Shown here: piece by piece, positions 32,545-35,735 of the stretch
How the letters are laid out: each line of letters opens with the position of its first letter
Numbering within the stretch: the first letter of the stretch is position 1
Source: an uncultured Clostridia bacterium
Lineage (GTDB): Bacteria; Bacillota; Clostridia; Oscillospirales; Ruminococcaceae
Reading direction: 5' to 3'
DNA: 35,735 nucleotides
NCBI GenBank assembly: GCA_944387515.1
Contig: CALXFL010000001.1
Span: forward strand, 1-35,735
Notes under the pieces: model-generated
What the model saw: the letters and a program-made list of their open reading frames with translations, nothing else
Database searches by the model: none
What the model was told of the DNA's origin: nothing
Position numbers and translations under genes: made by a program

Positions 32545-33324
32545 ATGGAACAGCGGCAAAAGGGGAGGATGACCATACTGGAACGAATTTTTCTGGCAGC
32601 GGGACTGGTAGTGCTGCTTTACTGCCTGGTGGTGACCGTCTGGATGGGACCGATTTCCTTTGTGCCGGTGCTGCTGGCCGGAGGAGTGGGGCTCTGCCTG
32701 CTGGGGCTGCTGCCTAAGCTGCTTCCCGGAGGTTGGGTGGTCTTTGCCTGCCGCCGGATCGGGATGCCGGTGGTACTGCTGGGCTTGGTGGTCATGCTGG
32801 TGTCGGAGGGATTTGTCCTGTCCGGTGTTCTCACTGCTCCCAAGGATGGCGCTGACTATACCCTGGTGCTGGGAGCGGGCCTTCGGGGAGATCAGGTCAC
32901 CCTGCTGCTCCGGGGACGGTTGGAGACGGCGCTGGACCGGTGGCAGGGAGAAAAAATCGTGGTTTCAGGCGGACAGGGACCGGATGAAACCGTCACCGAG
33001 GCATCGGCCATGGCCCGCTGGCTTCGGGAGCAGGGAGGGGTAGATCCTTCGGTTTTGCTGCTGGAGGAGAATTCCCGCAATACCATGGAAAATCTTCAGT
33101 TTTCCCGTGCTCTCATGGAGGCTGACAGCGGCAAGCCCATCTCTCAGCTGAGGGTGCAGATCGTCAGCAGTGACTACCACTGTACCCGTGCCCTGATGCT
33201 CAGCCGCCGGGCAGGTTATGGAGAGGTCTGGACGGCGGGCGCTCCCACTCGGCCCATTCTGGTGCCGGTCAACCATATCCGGGAGAGCATGGCTCTGGTC
33301 AAATCGTTTTTGCTGGACCGGTAA
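32545..33324 (+). CDS. YdcF/DUF218 family membrane-anchored protein
   Basis: AGGAGG (32533-32538) then ATG at 32545. N-terminal TM helices. DUF218 motifs VSGGQGPDE, SRNTMEN, SSDYHCTRA. Confidence 0.8.
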   Translation: MEQRQKGRMTILERIFLAAGLVVLLYCLVVTVWMGPISFVPVLLAGGVGLCLLGLLPKLLPGGWVVFACRRIGMPVVLLGLVVMLVSEGFVLSGVLTAPKDGADYTLVLGAGLRGDQVTLLLRGRLETALDRWQGEKIVVSGGQGPDETVTEASAMARWLREQGGVDPSVLLLEENSRNTMENLQFSRALMEADSGKPISQLRVQIVSSDYHCTRALMLSRRAGYGEVWTAGAPTRPILVPVNHIRESMALVKSFLLDR

Positions 33325-33351
33325 GGCCCCATACAGAAAGGAAGATCATCT

Positions 33352-34302
33352 TTGGCAAATCAATTGCTGCCGGCTTATCTGGTGCTGCCGGCTCAGGTTG
33401 TCGACCAGCATCTGGCCACTGCCAGTGGCGTTTACTGGAAGGTACTGCTGGCGGTGACTCGACGGGATTCCATGGACGTGGCGGCGCTGGCCCAATGGCT
33501 TTCTCTGCCGGAAAGTGACGTCCGGGAGGCTTTGCAATACTGGATTGCCCAGGGGGTGCTGCCCGGTGGGCAGCCGGCTGCTCAGGCTCCGGTACCTGCC
33601 CGTCAGGGAGAGGCCCCTCCCCGTCACCGGCTGACGGCCCAGGAGCTGTCCCAGCGCACCCAGCAAAGTGAACAGCTGCGGTTTGTTTTTCAGACTGCGG
33701 AGGGTATCTACGGCCGTCCCCTCACCGATACCGAACGGCGGGGCTTTGTCTATTTTCTGGATGATCTGGGACTTCCGCCCGACGTGGTGGTCATGGCGGT
33801 GGACTTCTGCGTCACCAACGGTAAGCTGCACTTCAACTACCTGCAAAAGCTTTGTGTGGGCTGGGCCCAGCAGGAGATCAACACCCACGCTCTGGCGGAG
33901 GAGTATATCCGGGAGCAGACCCGCCGTTGGAGTAATGAACGGCAGGTGCAGGAAGCCTTTGGTATTCAGAACCGGGGACTCACGGCGGAGAACAAAAAGT
34001 TCATCTCCCAGTGGTTCTACCAGTTCGGTTTCAATATTCAGATGATCCAGTTGGCCTACGAACGGGCGGTGGACAAGATTGGGCGGCTCAGTTTTCCCTA
34101 TATTCATAAGATCCTCCAGAGCTGGTACCAAAACGATCTGCGCACTCCGGAGGATGTGGCAGAACGGGACCAGCCGCCTGTTCGGATGGCTGCCCGTACT
34201 CAGGCCCAGCCGTCCCGGCCGGCTTCCTCTTACGATCCGGAGGAGTTTGACCGGCGGGGCTTCGACCTGCCCCCATTGCCTGAAAGGAGAGAGGATTCGT
34301 GA
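33352..34302 (+). CDS. DnaD domain (DnaB_2) replication initiation/primosome protein
   Basis: TTG at 33352 after GAAAGGAAG. Two DnaD-type C-terminal repeats: FVYFLDDLGLPPDVVVMAVDFCVTNGKLHFNYLQKLCVGW and ISQWFYQFGFNIQMIQLAYERAVDKIGRLSFPYIHKILQSW. Confidence 0.85.
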   Translation: MANQLLPAYLVLPAQVVDQHLATASGVYWKVLLAVTRRDSMDVAALAQWLSLPESDVREALQYWIAQGVLPGGQPAAQAPVPARQGEAPPRHRLTAQELSQRTQQSEQLRFVFQTAEGIYGRPLTDTERRGFVYFLDDLGLPPDVVVMAVDFCVTNGKLHFNYLQKLCVGWAQQEINTHALAEEYIREQTRRWSNERQVQEAFGIQNRGLTAENKKFISQWFYQFGFNIQMIQLAYERAVDKIGRLSFPYIHKILQSWYQNDLRTPEDVAERDQPPVRMAARTQAQPSRPASSYDPEEFDRRGFDLPPLPERREDS

Positions 34303-35273
34303 ACAGTTCCCTTGTGGCCCAGGCCATGGAGCAGATCCGTCAGCGGCGGCTGTTGGAGGACATCGCCCTGGAGCAGCGGCTGGACGAGATCACCCTCAAG
34401 GTGCCGGAGGTGATGGAGGCTCGGAATCAATTGGCTCAGACATCGGCCAAGCTGGGCCGTCTCATCTTCACCCGCGGCACCGATATCGAGACTGGCGTGG
34501 CGAAGATCCGGGACGAGAACCTGGCTCTTCAGGAGAAGGAACGGGTACTGCTGCGGCAGAATGGATATCCGGAAGACTACCTGCGTCCTCACCGGGTCTG
34601 TGCTGATTGCGAGGATACCGGTTACCATGACGGCGTACGCTGTCACTGTGTAGATGCACTGGTGCGCCAGCTGGCTCTCCAGCAGCTGAACCAGGTGTCC
34701 AGCTTGAAGCTCACCGGATTTGACAACTTCCGGCTGGATTATTACCCCACCGACCCAGAGGATGGCCGGATTCCCCGCAAGTGGATGGAGCGGGTGCTCC
34801 ATTATTGTCAGGAATATGTCCGCACTTTTCAGCCGGACATGAAGGGATTGCTGATGCAGGGAAATACCGGCCTTGGCAAGACCCATCTTTCCCTGGCTAT
34901 TGCCACTGGTGTCATTCGCCGGGGCTTCGGAGTGGTTTACGGTTCTACCCAGGATTTTCTTCGGGTCATTGAAAAGGAGCACTTCGGCCGGGCTGCCCAG
35001 CCTGCGGATACGCTGGATGGCTTGTTGGCGGCGGACCTGCTGATTCTGGACGATCTGGGGGCGGAGTTCTCCACCCAGTTCACCCAGTCGGTGATTTACA
35101 ACATTCTGAATACCCGCATCAGCCAGAACCGGCCTACCATCGTCAGTACCAATCTCTCCCGTTCTGAGCTGGAGGAAAAATATGGGCAGCGCGTGGTTTC
35201 AAGACTTTATACCCAGCTGACTTGTCTGCGTTTTGTAGGGCGGGATATCCGCCAGCTGAAAAGCCAGATGTAA
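34299..35273 (+). CDS. DnaC/DnaI/IstB-like AAA+ helicase-loader ATPase
   Basis: GTG at 34299 overlaps the upstream TGA (GTGA). Walker A GNTGLGKTHL, Walker B LLILDDLGAE. Cys cluster CADCEDTGYHDGVRCHC typical of DnaI-like loaders. Confidence 0.9.
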   Translation: MNSSLVAQAMEQIRQRRLLEDIALEQRLDEITLKVPEVMEARNQLAQTSAKLGRLIFTRGTDIETGVAKIRDENLALQEKERVLLRQNGYPEDYLRPHRVCADCEDTGYHDGVRCHCVDALVRQLALQQLNQVSSLKLTGFDNFRLDYYPTDPEDGRIPRKWMERVLHYCQEYVRTFQPDMKGLLMQGNTGLGKTHLSLAIATGVIRRGFGVVYGSTQDFLRVIEKEHFGRAAQPADTLDGLLAADLLILDDLGAEFSTQFTQSVIYNILNTRISQNRPTIVSTNLSRSELEEKYGQRVVSRLYTQLTCLRFVGRDIRQLKSQM

Positions 35274-35289
35274 TAGAGTAGAAACGAAT

Positions 35290-35322
35290 AGGAGCGTTCT
35301 GAGAACGCTCCTTCTTTCTTTT
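35290..35322 (+). terminator. Intrinsic terminator
   Basis: 10-bp stem AGGAGCGTTC / GAACGCTCCT with loop TGA, followed by TCTTTCTTTT. Confidence 0.75.
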
Positions 35323-35518
35323 GGGTAGAATTGTATGACTGATGAATATAATGGTATATTCCTGGTCAATCCGGTATATTGCCCTGGATATATTTGTTTA
35401 TGCTGAATATTCTTGCATTTTCGTCGGGTATTCTGCATGAAAATTGAGTATTTCCCGGTGAATAGAGGGATAAGTTGCATAAAGATTTGGATTTTCTGAA
35501 TTTTCACCCAAAATATCC

Positions 35519-35547
35519 TTGCATTTACCCGGTGGTTGTGCTAAAGT
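35519..35547 (+). promoter_or_regulatory. Weak candidate promoter for the solute-binding protein gene
   Basis: TTGCAT (35519-35524), 17-nt spacer, TGcTAAAGT (35539-35547). Confidence 0.3.
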
Positions 35548-35588
35548 ATAACCATCACCAAAACACCAGGCAAAAGGAGAAATGAGAT

Positions 35589-35735
35589 ATGAATCTGAAG
35601 AAAATGCTGGCACTGGCTGCTGCCGCTGCCATGACCCTGTCCCTCGCATCCTGCTCTTCCGGCAAAAAGGTGGCTTCCGTGGAGGATCTGGCCGGCGCCC
35701 GCATCGGTGTTCAGCTGGGAACCACCGGTGACATC
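35589..35735 (+). CDS. Lipoprotein, probable amino-acid ABC transporter substrate-binding protein (N-terminal 49 codons; runs off the window)
   Basis: RBS AAAGGAGA (35573-35580) then ATG at 35589. Signal peptide with lipobox MNLKKMLALAAAAAMTLSLASC, then ...LAGARIGVQLGTTGD, typical of family-3 SBPs. Confidence 0.7.
   Translation, partial: MNLKKMLALAAAAAMTLSLASCSSGKKVASVEDLAGARIGVQLGTTGDI

Noticed and set aside
33352-35273. DnaD-domain plus DnaC/IstB-like ATPase pair as a sign of a prophage or IS21-type element.
   Set aside because: No integrase, transposase (IstA), terminal repeats or phage structural genes are nearby. This gene pair is a common chromosomal replication-restart/loader module in Clostridia. 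A mobile origin cannot be fully excluded from sequence alone.

Overview
GC-rich, Clostridia-like chromosomal window, probably a gut Oscillospiraceae/Ruminococcaceae-type Firmicute (inferred from AGGAGG-type RBSs, the DnaD/DnaC-like pair and MATE/AraC content). No tRNA, rRNA, CRISPR, integrase or transposase was seen by eye. Layout: (1) 3' end of a MATE transporter gene (1-576). (2) A ~1 kb non-coding tandem array (638-1659) of five structured, RNA-like modules. Each ends in a +strand intrinsic terminator and each carries anti-Shine-Dalgarno-like CCUCCUUUC / ACCUCCU motifs. (3) The main item: a ~19 kb co-directional locus (1802-21093). In order it encodes a membrane-anchored vWA protein; a minimal 242-aa FtsZ/tubulin-like GTPase; a ClpX-like AAA+ ATPase interrupted near its 5' end by an in-frame TAA; two giant paralogous tubulin-like proteins (810 and 1148 aa, one with a degenerate and one with an intact GGTGSG signature) separated by a ~420-bp tandem duplication that leaves an 87-codon head fragment; two unknowns; a zinc-ribbon-flanked TRAFAC-type GTPase; a 1083-aa protein with a repeat-bearing disordered tail; and a TM-anchored pseudokinase. 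I read this as a candidate undescribed cytoskeletal or conflict/defence system. (4) A convergent DUF1624 membrane gene overlaps the pseudokinase 3' end. A three-gene membrane cluster follows (Sel1-repeat protein, large polytopic protein, small polytopic protein). (5) Ordinary housekeeping or accessory genes: membrane AraC-type regulator divergent from a MATE transporter, Gfo/Idh/MocA oxidoreductase, all-alpha hypothetical, YtqB-like methyltransferase, DUF218/YdcF, DnaD-domain protein, DnaC/IstB-like ATPase, and the start of a lipoprotein solute-binding protein. All domain calls come from motifs read in the translations and from remembered family signatures. No database search was run.
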